DNA from: a virus
Reading direction: 5' to 3' (one strand)
IMG/VR virus record: IMGVR_UViG_3300021256_000005
DNA: 64,000 nucleotides
Shown piece by piece: positions 27,345-36,334 of the stretch. Within the stretch, counting starts at the first letter, position 1, and the number at the start of each line of letters is the position of its first letter. The notes below the pieces were generated by a model. That model had not been told where the DNA came from and searched no databases. It worked only from the letters and a program-made list of their open reading frames with translations. The position numbers were made by a program, and so were the translations under genes.

Positions 27345-27630
27345 ATATAAATTTACAAGTAAGGGACGCACATTTACACGTGTAAGTAAGACAGCCGCAA
27401 AAAAGGCATTTATAAATGGTTTTACTATTGCGTTATGTCCTTCTAATTTACGCCCGGGTGCGCCATGGCACCCGGAAACAATTACAAACAGAGAAATAAT
27501 TGGCGCAGAAAATCCGGCTACGGGTTTTGACGTATTATTAAGTTCGTTCGAATACTTTAATTGCACGAACACAGAAACAGGAAGATATGCGGAGTTCTTT
27601 ATCGAAAGCGAGAATAACGAAGGAGAGTAA
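27337..27630 (+). CDS. hypothetical protein
   Basis: I moved the start from track position 27322 to ATG 27337 (MNKYKF..), which is preceded by GGAGGG. Confidence 0.6.
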   Translation: MNKYKFTSKGRTFTRVSKTAAKKAFINGFTIALCPSNLRPGAPWHPETITNREIIGAENPATGFDVLLSSFEYFNCTNTETGRYAEFFIESENNEGE

Positions 27631-27632
27631 CT

Positions 27633-28181
27633 ATGACAAAATCTAGCATCACCAAATTCATCAACTTTTTTAAGAAGGAAAATAATTTAATTCTGGAACG
27701 TCATAATGAAACCATTCTTATTTCTGAGGGTCATGCAATTTATGAAATAGATTCATATATTTATGACACATATTTCAGTATTAAAAGTCCTAGATTTCAA
27801 TTTCCAGAACTGGAAAATCATGTGTGTTACATGGCAAACAGGAAGAATGAAATTCCTAGTCCTACAGGGAGCAATAAGTTGAAAGATATATATGAAAAAG
27901 CTAAACACTCAGCCACAAAATCAGTGGAATTAACGAAGTGGGTAATTAAAGATGATGCAGATTTGATGCGACTATATAAAGGCGATGAATTTGTTGTTTC
28001 GTGCAATGAAAAGTTCGTTGAACTGGCGTCATATCTTAGTGTGGACGTTCACATGGCATTAGGCAGTGATTACAAATCACCAGTAGTATTTAATACATGC
28101 ATGGTTTTACCAATGCTGATTAAAGATTCTGAAGTGTGGAATCAGCTGGCAGAAATCATGAAGGTTAAAACTACACACTGA
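27633..28181 (+). CDS. hypothetical protein, paralog family D (with 45471..46076)
   Basis: The N-terminus FINFFKKENNLILERHNETILISEGHAIYEIDSYIYDTYFSIKSPRF aligns with FINTLKNEYQLIIERHDETVFVSDSHAIYKIQLDIYNKHFRLASPRF. Confidence 0.75.
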   Translation: MTKSSITKFINFFKKENNLILERHNETILISEGHAIYEIDSYIYDTYFSIKSPRFQFPELENHVCYMANRKNEIPSPTGSNKLKDIYEKAKHSATKSVELTKWVIKDDADLMRLYKGDEFVVSCNEKFVELASYLSVDVHMALGSDYKSPVVFNTCMVLPMLIKDSEVWNQLAEIMKVKTTH

Positions 28182-28196
28182 AAACAATTCGGGTCT

Positions 28197-28285
28197 GGAA
28201 AGAATTTCAAATTAGGTACTGATTTTTGAAAGCAGTGAAAACTGAATGCCGAAAAGAATTTGAAAATAGGTACTAGTTTCAAAGG
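28197..28285 (+). promoter_or_regulatory. tandem ~35-bp direct repeat, each copy an inverted repeat around TAGGTACT (operator- or RNA-hairpin-like)
   Basis: GAAAGAATTTCAAATTAGGTACTGATTTTTGAAAG (28198-) and GAAAAGAATTTGAAAATAGGTACTAGTTTCAAAGG (28251-). The arms TTTCAAA/TTTGAAA are swapped between the two copies. The repeat ends in the SD of 28297. Confidence 0.6.
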
Positions 28286-28296
28286 AGGAAACTATA

Positions 28297-30012
28297 ATGA
28301 GCTTAAAAAATGACGTAATCGAAGTATTAGATAATGAGAAATATATCTATTACAATGATGCAGTGTCAAGAATTATTAACGCTTATGAACCAAATAAACA
28401 TGAGGTAGTTGACATTTTACGCCGTCATCCTGACTGGAACGAGGATAATATGTCAATCTGTATCCCCGCAACATCGTATACACGAAAGTTCAATAGTAAT
28501 GCAATTTCCACGTTTGTAGATTACCTGATAGGCAGTATTTATTTCTCTGAGGAATTTCAGAATAATCTGGTAACATACTGTGCCGTGATGAATTATCAGT
28601 TACTCTCCAAATCTTTAGGAATAATATATTGTAGTGAAGTCATGCGTAAATGGTGGTTTGAAGAAAATGAACCATTGGTTAATGAGGATGGTGCCCTTCT
28701 ATACACACGGAATAAAGTTAGTACAGGAAAATATAATACTATTTTTCATGTATGCCCGAAAATAACGAAGGTGTTATCTTTCATTAGTTCGCTTAATACA
28801 GTTTTTTTCAATGCTGATATGGACGACGAATTAAATGAACTTAACGCCGATTTCCCGGCGTTCCATCTGCGAAACAACATGAAAACGTCAAAGGCAATCG
28901 GCAAAATTTGTAGAGAAATGGGTTGGGATAAATTTCCCAAATATAATGAAAAGTATGCGGCACTGTGTGACGAGATTAACCCATTAACAGTGCATACGCC
29001 TACATATATCAGTGTTCACCCTTGTGATTATTTATATATGTCAGATGGACATTCATGGACTAGCTGTCATGATATTCGAAACGCTGATGATCCGGGATGC
29101 TACAGTTCTGGCACTATCAGTTATATGTTAGATCATTATAGTTTCATCGTATACACACTGCCAGAAGTAGTAACCGAAAAACCGTGGAATCAGCCGAAAC
29201 TGCAAAGGGAAGTGTTTGCTCTGAAAGACGGTGTTATATTACAGAGCAGATTATATCCGCAGAGCTGTGATAACGGTTCAGGGGATGCTTATAGGGAAAT
29301 CCGCAACGTTGTACAGAAGGTAATTGCGGATTGTCTTGGGCAGCCTAATCTGTGGCAGACAAAACATTACCCGAATGTAGAACAGTACATCGTCCATGGT
29401 GACGGTGCTACCTGCTATCCAGATTGGAAAGACGGAAATCCTGGATCTACATATTGTTCCCTGACGTTCTTAAAGGGAATTGATCTCACCCATTTCTCAA
29501 TGGAAATCGGTGCAACACCTGTATGTCCAAACTGCGGAATGGAACATTGTCGTGAAGACAGTATTATCTGCGAAGATTGTGGAAACATTATCACCTGTGC
29601 AGATTGTGGCTGTGAGATGGACAGAGACTGCGCTTACATGATTGATGATGAATATTATTGTGAAGGTTGTGTCTTTTGGTGTGAATACCACGAGGATTAC
29701 GAACTAATTTCTAATGGTGTAACAGAAGTTGACGGATACGGTCAGGTTTGTGATCGAGCGTTAGAATATGGAGATTTTTACCAATGTGAATATTGCGGGG
29801 AATGGAAGTACGTAGAGGATATAATCCGCACAGAAGATGGTTGTTATTACTGTTGTGAAGAATGTGCAATTAGAGATGGTTATAGGGAAACCACCGATGG
29901 ATGGTATCTTGAACGTAAAACAGTAAAATGTCCACATTGCGGACGTTACAATTTAGAAGAAGACGATCAGTGCTATTGGTGCGGTAAATTTGTTGCGGGG
30001 GTGGCATCATGA
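28297..30012 (+). CDS. hypothetical protein with C-terminal multi-zinc-ribbon region
   Basis: 571 aa. The last ~170 aa carry at least 8 CxxC pairs (CPNCG, CEDCG, CADCGC, CEGC, CEYCG, CCEEC, CPHCG, CYWCG). The central block HPCDYLYMSDGHSWTSCHD is not assignable. Confidence 0.75.
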   Translation: MSLKNDVIEVLDNEKYIYYNDAVSRIINAYEPNKHEVVDILRRHPDWNEDNMSICIPATSYTRKFNSNAISTFVDYLIGSIYFSEEFQNNLVTYCAVMNYQLLSKSLGIIYCSEVMRKWWFEENEPLVNEDGALLYTRNKVSTGKYNTIFHVCPKITKVLSFISSLNTVFFNADMDDELNELNADFPAFHLRNNMKTSKAIGKICREMGWDKFPKYNEKYAALCDEINPLTVHTPTYISVHPCDYLYMSDGHSWTSCHDIRNADDPGCYSSGTISYMLDHYSFIVYTLPEVVTEKPWNQPKLQREVFALKDGVILQSRLYPQSCDNGSGDAYREIRNVVQKVIADCLGQPNLWQTKHYPNVEQYIVHGDGATCYPDWKDGNPGSTYCSLTFLKGIDLTHFSMEIGATPVCPNCGMEHCREDSIICEDCGNIITCADCGCEMDRDCAYMIDDEYYCEGCVFWCEYHEDYELISNGVTEVDGYGQVCDRALEYGDFYQCEYCGEWKYVEDIIRTEDGCYYCCEECAIRDGYRETTDGWYLERKTVKCPHCGRYNLEEDDQCYWCGKFVAGVAS

Positions 30013-30863
30013 ATTTTATACAGATATTGAAAAAAAGTCAGGCAGACCTGAAATCAGAACTGGAAAGTAATTTAAGATCCTATGGATACAAAGTCACTAA
30101 TGGAAACGGTTATCTGTATAAAGACGGTACATTTCCTGTATTACTGGTGGCACATATGGATACTGTCCACAAAGAGAAACCTTTGCAAATCATCAAACAC
30201 GGAAACGTATGGTCATCCCCGCAGGGCATTGGTGGAGATGATAGATGTGGCATATATATGATTCTGAAAATTATAGAAAAATATGATTGCGCCGTGTTGT
30301 TTACGGAAGATGAAGAAATCGGCTGTATTGGCGCAAGCAAATTTGTAACATCAGACCTATGTAAATCATTAAAAGGAAAGTTCAATTACATCATCGAACT
30401 GGACAGACACGGGAAAAATGATGCGGTGTTCTATGAGTGTGCCAATGATGATTTTGAAACATTTATAACAGAAAGGTACTGGGAAACAAAGCAGGGCAGT
30501 TATAGTGATATCTGCGAGATTGCTCCTGCACTTGGCGTGGCGGCTGTTAATTTAAGCTGTGGATATCACAGCGAACATCAAACAACGGAAACTGTGAATG
30601 TAGCGGAAATGAATCGCAACATAAAAGAAGTCTGTAATTTGTTATCCCGCACGAAAGACACTGTATATGAATATGTCAGCTTCTGTAATAGCTATTGGTG
30701 GGATGGTCAAACAGAATACGAAATTATATATAATAACTATTATGAGGTGGAGTATATTCTTGCAGAAAGTAAAGCAGAAGCAATTGGTATTTTTTGTATG
30801 AACCATCCACAGGTATCGTATAGTGAAATCGACAGTGTAAAGGATGATATGTTGTTTTGGTAA
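30009..30863 (+). CDS. zinc metallopeptidase-like protein (M20/M28/M42-type ligand pattern)
   Basis: LLVAHMDTVH, GGDDRCG, FTEDEEIGCIGA and GYHSEH follow the H-x-D / D / EE / H ligand order of co-catalytic zinc peptidases. Confidence 0.45.
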   Translation: MNFIQILKKSQADLKSELESNLRSYGYKVTNGNGYLYKDGTFPVLLVAHMDTVHKEKPLQIIKHGNVWSSPQGIGGDDRCGIYMILKIIEKYDCAVLFTEDEEIGCIGASKFVTSDLCKSLKGKFNYIIELDRHGKNDAVFYECANDDFETFITERYWETKQGSYSDICEIAPALGVAAVNLSCGYHSEHQTTETVNVAEMNRNIKEVCNLLSRTKDTVYEYVSFCNSYWWDGQTEYEIIYNNYYEVEYILAESKAEAIGIFCMNHPQVSYSEIDSVKDDMLFW

Positions 30864-30896
30864 GATCGAGAGTTGACGCAAAAAGAAAGGAGATAT

Positions 30897-31070
30897 ATGG
30901 ATAACGTAGTAGCTGTAGGAAATGATAACAAGGTACTGTTCATAGATAGTGCCGCCAATGAATACGCAGTTTTTATGATTGAGAACGGCGTAGAACACCA
31001 GAAAACAAGATGGACAACTTTAGAAAAAACTCGAAAGAGTTTTGATAAAATTGTAGAAAACGAACTGTAA
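30897..31070 (+). CDS. hypothetical protein
   Basis: I moved the start to ATG 30897, after AAAGGAG. The track uses an upstream TTG at 30873. Confidence 0.55.
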   Translation: MDNVVAVGNDNKVLFIDSAANEYAVFMIENGVEHQKTRWTTLEKTRKSFDKIVENEL

Positions 31071-31095
31071 ATTTAAGAAGAAAAGGAGAAAAATT

Positions 31096-32256
31096 ATGTT
31101 AACATTTGAAAGAAATTACACTGACAAAACTGCAAAGAGCATCGCTAAAATGATTAACGGAAACCGCACAGAAATGACGTTTGATAACTGCGTTCAGCGG
31201 AACTATGTGTGGAAAATTGAACAGCAGTCAATGTTAATTGATTCAATTTTACGTGGGTATCCTGTGCCAGACATTTACGCAAACCGCACAGAAGCTCATA
31301 CAGAAAAAGGCACAAAATACTATGTCTATGATGTGTTGGATGGTCAGCAGAGATTAACTACAATTGCTCGATTCGTGGCAGGCAAATTCGCATTGAAAGG
31401 ACTGCCTGAGTTCGAGGATGAAGAAGGCAACAGTGTTGATCTGAATGATTGCTACTATGACGATCTTGACGAGAATTACAAAGAGGTACTGAACAACTTT
31501 ACATTCCGCATCCAGTATTATGACAACATGGATGATGAATCGGTTGCTGAGATTTTCCGTAGGCTGAATAACGGGAAGTCGTTAACCAACATTGAAAAGA
31601 TTCGTGTTTATGCGAAATCGTTTGATACGATTCGAGAATTAGCAAATCACCCGATTTTCAATATTGGCGAGATGATGACCGAAGCATCCCGCAGAGGTTA
31701 TCACAATGAAGATATGGTGATTAAATTATTCATGATTCTTCATGACGACACTAATCTTGACGCAAAACACGTGAAAGAAGTTCTTGCTAATGCTGAGTTT
31801 ACTGAACAGGATGTTACGCAGATCAAAACAATTTTAGATTATGCACGGAAGATTCATGACACAATTTTAGCCGATGATACAGATTTGAAATTAAATAAGA
31901 AAATCGCTAAACGGATGTATGGCAAGGTGCATTTTGTATCACTTATTCCGCTGTTCATGGAGACGATTGAAAATGGAATGCCTGATAGTTCTGTAGTTGA
32001 ATTTTTACAGGTGTTCTACGGTAGCAAAACAGCTTCTATTAGCACTCGTTACAATGGATGCAGTCATAGCGGAAGTAACCATAAATCTTCCGTGGATACC
32101 CGCATTGCTGAGGTAAAAAAGGCGTGGGAAGAATTTGAGCCAATGAAAGTAAAAGAGGACTCCGAAGTAGGTACTGAGTCTGTAGAGGACGTAGAACAGG
32201 AAGAAATCTCTGATTCTATAGTGGACGATCTTCTTGCCGATTTAGCAAACGAGTAA
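31096..32256 (+). CDS. DUF262 (ParB/Srx-superfamily, GmrSD N-terminal-like) protein
   Basis: QRNYVW...IDSILRGYPVP..IY and the DGQQRLTTI motif are diagnostic of DUF262. Acidic C-terminal tail. No obvious HNH/DUF1524 nuclease block. Confidence 0.75.
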   Translation: MLTFERNYTDKTAKSIAKMINGNRTEMTFDNCVQRNYVWKIEQQSMLIDSILRGYPVPDIYANRTEAHTEKGTKYYVYDVLDGQQRLTTIARFVAGKFALKGLPEFEDEEGNSVDLNDCYYDDLDENYKEVLNNFTFRIQYYDNMDDESVAEIFRRLNNGKSLTNIEKIRVYAKSFDTIRELANHPIFNIGEMMTEASRRGYHNEDMVIKLFMILHDDTNLDAKHVKEVLANAEFTEQDVTQIKTILDYARKIHDTILADDTDLKLNKKIAKRMYGKVHFVSLIPLFMETIENGMPDSSVVEFLQVFYGSKTASISTRYNGCSHSGSNHKSSVDTRIAEVKKAWEEFEPMKVKEDSEVGTESVEDVEQEEISDSIVDDLLADLANE

Positions 32257-32348
32257 TAAATTTATACCATGCGCCGAATACAGATTCGGCGTATGAATAA
32301 GGTTATTACCTTGCAACTTACTAAACTATAATAAGAAGGAGAAAAACT

Positions 32349-33236
32349 ATGGCAAATGTGTATGAAATTGTAACAAACAACATTATCGAGGAAATGAAAA
32401 AAGGAATCATCCCTTGGAAAAAGCCGTGGACAAATGAAATCTATGTTGACGCAAATGGCAACCGCAGACCGTTTGGAGCCTACAATAGAATTACGAGACA
32501 GCCATACCACGGGATTAACCGTTTGTTATTACCGCTCGAAGGTGAGTATGCAACATTCAAACAGTGGCAGAAATTAGGTGGCAAAATTAAAAGAGGTGAA
32601 CATGGACACATGGTAGTTTATTACAAAATCATGTCACCGATGAAAGACGATACAGAAGAAGAAGCAGAAATTAAAAAAGGATTCCCACTGTTAAGATATT
32701 ACACTGTATTCCATGTATCACAGGTAGAAGGCGTTGAGCCTGTAAAGTGGCGCAAATTATCTGTGCAGGAAGAAACATTGAGCGGTGACGAGGTGGAAGA
32801 AAACGCAGATAAGGTACTGAATGATTATTATAAGCGTGAAGCCATTACAGTAACTGAGATCAATGGAGATAGAGCATTTTACAGACCCATGACAGATTCG
32901 ATTTGTTTGCCTGAAAAATCTCAGTTCAAAGAGTTGAGTGAATATTACAGCACGAAAATTCATGAAACTGTGCATAGTACAGGACATACAAAAAGGCTAA
33001 ATAGGTTTGAACCTGGCGGATTTGGTAGTGAATCGTATAGCAAAGAAGAATTGGTTGCAGAAATTGGTTCTGCTATTTTGATGAACATATTAGGAATTGA
33101 TACAGAATCCACATTCAAAAATTCAGTTGCTTATTTACAGAGTTGGATTTCTGTATTGCAGAATAATCCGAAGTGGATTGTACAGGCGAGTAGCAAAGCA
33201 GAAAAAGCAATTAAGCTGATTACAGGGGAGGAATAA
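32349..33236 (+). CDS. ardC: ArdC-like antirestriction protein (ssDNA-binding N-domain + zincin protease domain)
   Basis: N-terminal ..IIEEMKKGIIPWKKPW (ArdC-N/DUF1738 signature). C-terminal HExxH: IHETVHSTGH, then EELVAEIGSA. Confidence 0.8.
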   Translation: MANVYEIVTNNIIEEMKKGIIPWKKPWTNEIYVDANGNRRPFGAYNRITRQPYHGINRLLLPLEGEYATFKQWQKLGGKIKRGEHGHMVVYYKIMSPMKDDTEEEAEIKKGFPLLRYYTVFHVSQVEGVEPVKWRKLSVQEETLSGDEVEENADKVLNDYYKREAITVTEINGDRAFYRPMTDSICLPEKSQFKELSEYYSTKIHETVHSTGHTKRLNRFEPGGFGSESYSKEELVAEIGSAILMNILGIDTESTFKNSVAYLQSWISVLQNNPKWIVQASSKAEKAIKLITGEE

Positions 33237-33239
33237 AAA

Positions 33240-33512
33240 ATGGTAGAATTTACAATGGAAGATTGCAGAACCAGCAAACAGAAAGCAAGGGAATATGACT
33301 GGCGCATTGATTATGTTTTAGCAGACAAAATGTTTCACTCAGATGATGACACAGATATAAATTGCGCCGTGGCAATTATCACGTTAGGGATTGAAATTTA
33401 TCTGAGAAAAAATACAGTCTATATCATGTCAAATCCCGCTAGTAACGTAAATAATTTTCCGTATATTGATTATGTTTGTGAAACATTAACATATAATAAA
33501 TTGTGCAAATAG
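33240..33512 (+). CDS. hypothetical protein
   Basis: 90 aa with SD GGGGAGG. Confidence 0.65.
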   Translation: MVEFTMEDCRTSKQKAREYDWRIDYVLADKMFHSDDDTDINCAVAIITLGIEIYLRKNTVYIMSNPASNVNNFPYIDYVCETLTYNKLCK

Positions 33513-33524
33513 GAAGGTGTTATT

Positions 33525-33740
33525 ATGAAAAAACGTGCAAAACAGGTACAGATAATGATTGACAGCGCAAATGATTATTTAATGATGAATCATGTTAGAA
33601 GCGTATATGAAGATTTTGCTTGTGTATTTATGGATTGTCTAATAAAAGCAGGTGTGTATAATGGATTTAACATGTACACAAAAGATGGCAAGTTGAGCTG
33701 TGGAGATGAATCAACAACGGATTACATTCAGTTTTATTAA
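33525..33740 (+). CDS. hypothetical protein
   Basis: 71 aa with SD GGAAGGTG. Confidence 0.6.
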   Translation: MKKRAKQVQIMIDSANDYLMMNHVRSVYEDFACVFMDCLIKAGVYNGFNMYTKDGKLSCGDESTTDYIQFY

Positions 33741-33753
33741 AGGAGTAATAACT

Positions 33754-34530
33754 ATGAGAAAAGGTTTAATATATGAAATTGATAACTATTTAGCGGAAAA
33801 TAATTTAGGTGAACTTGAATATATCGTAAAAAATACAAACTCTGATTATATCTACGGAGTTGTAGCGTGGAAAAATGGCGAATATCGTTGTTGGACACAT
33901 TATAATACGGAGCTACATTCAATGAATTGTGGACATTATGGAATAGAAGTAGATGAATGTTTCGAAGTATTTGATAACGTATACGGGAAAAATGCATGGA
34001 AAATAATTTGTATATATGGTGTTAGACCATTTGGGGTTGACGAAAACGTAATCAAACATGAGATTGAAAAAATTTGTGGAAATTATAAACATTGTGGAGT
34101 ACATCATGATGCATTTCTTTCAATTACAGAGAATAGGATATATGATTCATTTAATAAATTATGCGAACCAACGTTGTGTGAAATTAGTTCTATATTAAAT
34201 GGACACATGAAGAATTTATTAAATAAATATTCTGTGAGTGGAAATGCGTTTGTTTTGAAACAGGCAAACAGAGGGGAAATTGTGAAAGATGTTTCTATTG
34301 CAGTCATTATGAACAATTATGTGTTGCGAAAGATTGAAAATTTAATAGGAGAATTTTATTTGTTACCGTCTTCTCGATTTGAGTGGATTGTTATTCCATA
34401 CGATCATGAAATTCCTATGAATGATTTAATGGATATGGCACATAATGTGGACAATGAAGTAGTAGAAGATGATTATATATTATCGTATCAAGTGTTACGG
34501 TGTAGTAACGGACGGCTGACACCTGTGTAA
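33754..34530 (+). CDS. hypothetical protein
   Basis: I moved the start to ATG 33754 (MRKGLIYEI..), after AAAGGAG. The track start at 33700 overlaps the previous gene. Confidence 0.65.
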   Translation: MRKGLIYEIDNYLAENNLGELEYIVKNTNSDYIYGVVAWKNGEYRCWTHYNTELHSMNCGHYGIEVDECFEVFDNVYGKNAWKIICIYGVRPFGVDENVIKHEIEKICGNYKHCGVHHDAFLSITENRIYDSFNKLCEPTLCEISSILNGHMKNLLNKYSVSGNAFVLKQANRGEIVKDVSIAVIMNNYVLRKIENLIGEFYLLPSSRFEWIVIPYDHEIPMNDLMDMAHNVDNEVVEDDYILSYQVLRCSNGRLTPV

Positions 34531-34645
34531 TAGGAAGAATTTTGGCGAAAGCATTGTTATTAAATGGTGATTCAATTATTATAGTACATATATGTAATTA
34601 TTGAAAGCAAACAATATCGTTCGATTAGATTAGGAGATATAGAAG

Positions 34646-34990
34646 ATGTGTAAATATAATTATTTCAGAACAATAAAAGAAGCGAGAGAATATACGGGAT
34701 TGACTCAGGCTCAATTTGCTGAATTAACTGGGTTATCAGTTAGGAGAATACGAGGATTTGAGCAAGAGACTCGGAACGCTGAAAGTTTAATATTCGATCA
34801 TGTTCAGTTGTGTGCGTGGCAATATAAACATCGTGTTGTTGTACTTAAAGATCCTTATCAAGAAGCATTGATTTCCATATATGAAAAGACAAATGAACAG
34901 CCAATGTATATTGGGTGTGAAACAGCGGAAGAATTATTTAATGAGTTACAGTATTATTTTGATCATAACTACAAAATTGAATTTCATTAA
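34646..34990 (+). CDS. XRE-family helix-turn-helix protein
   Basis: IKEAREYTGLTQAQFAELTGLSVRRIRGFEQ is a classic HTH_XRE pattern. Confidence 0.65.
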   Translation: MCKYNYFRTIKEAREYTGLTQAQFAELTGLSVRRIRGFEQETRNAESLIFDHVQLCAWQYKHRVVVLKDPYQEALISIYEKTNEQPMYIGCETAEELFNELQYYFDHNYKIEFH

Positions 34991-35029
34991 GGTATGTTTT
35001 ATACTGAAAACAAAAAAGGAGATAAAGAA

Positions 35030-35197
35030 ATGACAAGATTTTATCTTAGCGGAAAAGAAGTAGACAAAAAAGAATTTGAAAAGCATTTCGGACATGAAGA
35101 TGTTGATTGGAGAATTGAAACGATGGTTTTAAACGGTATTAAAGAGTTTACGAAGGAAGGACCGTATAATCGGATCTGCAAAATTGTGATAGGCTGA
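35030..35197 (+). CDS. hypothetical protein
   Basis: Start moved to ATG 35030 (MTRFYLSG..), after AAAGGAG. Confidence 0.5.
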   Translation: MTRFYLSGKEVDKKEFEKHFGHEDVDWRIETMVLNGIKEFTKEGPYNRICKIVIG

Positions 35198-35225
35198 CAA
35201 GGCAAGATGAGGAAAGGAAAAGAAT

Positions 35226-35543
35226 ATGAAAAAATATTACGAATTAAAATACGACACACGTGTTGGCGGTGATTATGTTATATTTTATGATGAAAATCTG
35301 ACGAGATTGGACACCATGGTATATAAAGAAGATAGATTTGGCAGGATCATTGGTAGAGAAACAGGACTTTCATTAATTTCTGAGGATATGGTACAGATAG
35401 CACGGCGAGGATCTGCCGCAGAAATTATGCATCATGGCAAAGTAATTCCTAATACGGATTTTGTTGAAATCGGAGGGTATAGGGATTTGACAGATAGTCA
35501 GATCAAAAATATAGCGAACAATATTGAAGAAAAAATGAAATAG
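35226..35543 (+). CDS. hypothetical protein
   Basis: 105 aa with an SD-like GAGGAAAGGAAAAG upstream. Confidence 0.65.
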   Translation: MKKYYELKYDTRVGGDYVIFYDENLTRLDTMVYKEDRFGRIIGRETGLSLISEDMVQIARRGSAAEIMHHGKVIPNTDFVEIGGYRDLTDSQIKNIANNIEEKMK

Positions 35544-35569
35544 GATAAAAGTTCCGAAAGGAGAATATT

Positions 35570-35821
35570 ATGAAGAAATATCAGATTTATACTAACCTCA
35601 ATGACAACGGTTGGAATCCAGAAGACAGCAGGCCGCCATTTGAAGCAAAGAGCGAAGATGATGCAGTCAATAAATATTTGGAAGAATGTGCAGATAATTT
35701 GATTGATGCAACAAGACTTGAAGAAGTAAATGGTTGTAAATGCCTGTATACAACATACGGATATTGGAATGATGATAATTATTCTATTATTGAATTTAAG
35801 GCAGAACAGGTTGATAATTAG
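35570..35821 (+). CDS. hypothetical protein
   Basis: 83 aa with SD GAAAGGAG. Confidence 0.65.
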   Translation: MKKYQIYTNLNDNGWNPEDSRPPFEAKSEDDAVNKYLEECADNLIDATRLEEVNGCKCLYTTYGYWNDDNYSIIEFKAEQVDN

Positions 35822-35832
35822 GGTGATGCATT

Positions 35833-36231
35833 ATGAAATATATGATTAAACGTTGTGTTGATAATCGGCGTAAATATAATTGTACATTAGATGAAGTGAA
35901 AAACTGGTTTACGATTGAGCCAGATGACTGCGAAAACGATGCAGAAGATGAAAAACCTGACATTCCTGATTTTTCGCATTGCAACGATGCGGACGATATT
36001 AACGCTGTTTTGTATGATTTAGAAAATGGCAATCCGCTGTATTTAGTATATGAACAGTTTGACATTGGTAGTTATCTGAATGACGGAAATACTACTTGGA
36101 AGATTTTAGACTGGGACGAGTGTCAATACGGTGCGGATCAGTTTGTTTTAGTGGGTATTGATGGCAGTGAAAAAATCAGGCGTAAGGTTCCATATAGTGA
36201 ACTTGTAGCGATGAAAAGAATTGAATTATAA
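35833..36231 (+). CDS. hypothetical acidic protein
   Basis: 132 aa with an acidic central stretch (DDCENDAEDEKPDIPD). Confidence 0.6.
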   Translation: MKYMIKRCVDNRRKYNCTLDEVKNWFTIEPDDCENDAEDEKPDIPDFSHCNDADDINAVLYDLENGNPLYLVYEQFDIGSYLNDGNTTWKILDWDECQYGADQFVLVGIDGSEKIRRKVPYSELVAMKRIEL

Positions 36232-36278
36232 GGAGTTTCCAATGCATTATAGCGCGTAGAGGGAAGAATTTCCCTCGA

Positions 36279-36307
36279 TTGACAAAACATGGTAAAAATA
36301 GTATAAT
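36279..36307 (+). promoter_or_regulatory. perfect consensus sigma-A promoter
   Basis: TTGACA (36279-36284), exactly 17 nt, then TATAAT (36302-36307). A 7-bp hairpin GAGGGAA-gaat-TTCCCTC (36259-36276) abuts the -35. Confidence 0.75.
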
Positions 36308-36334
36308 ATTATTCCATATATAGGAGGGAAATAT

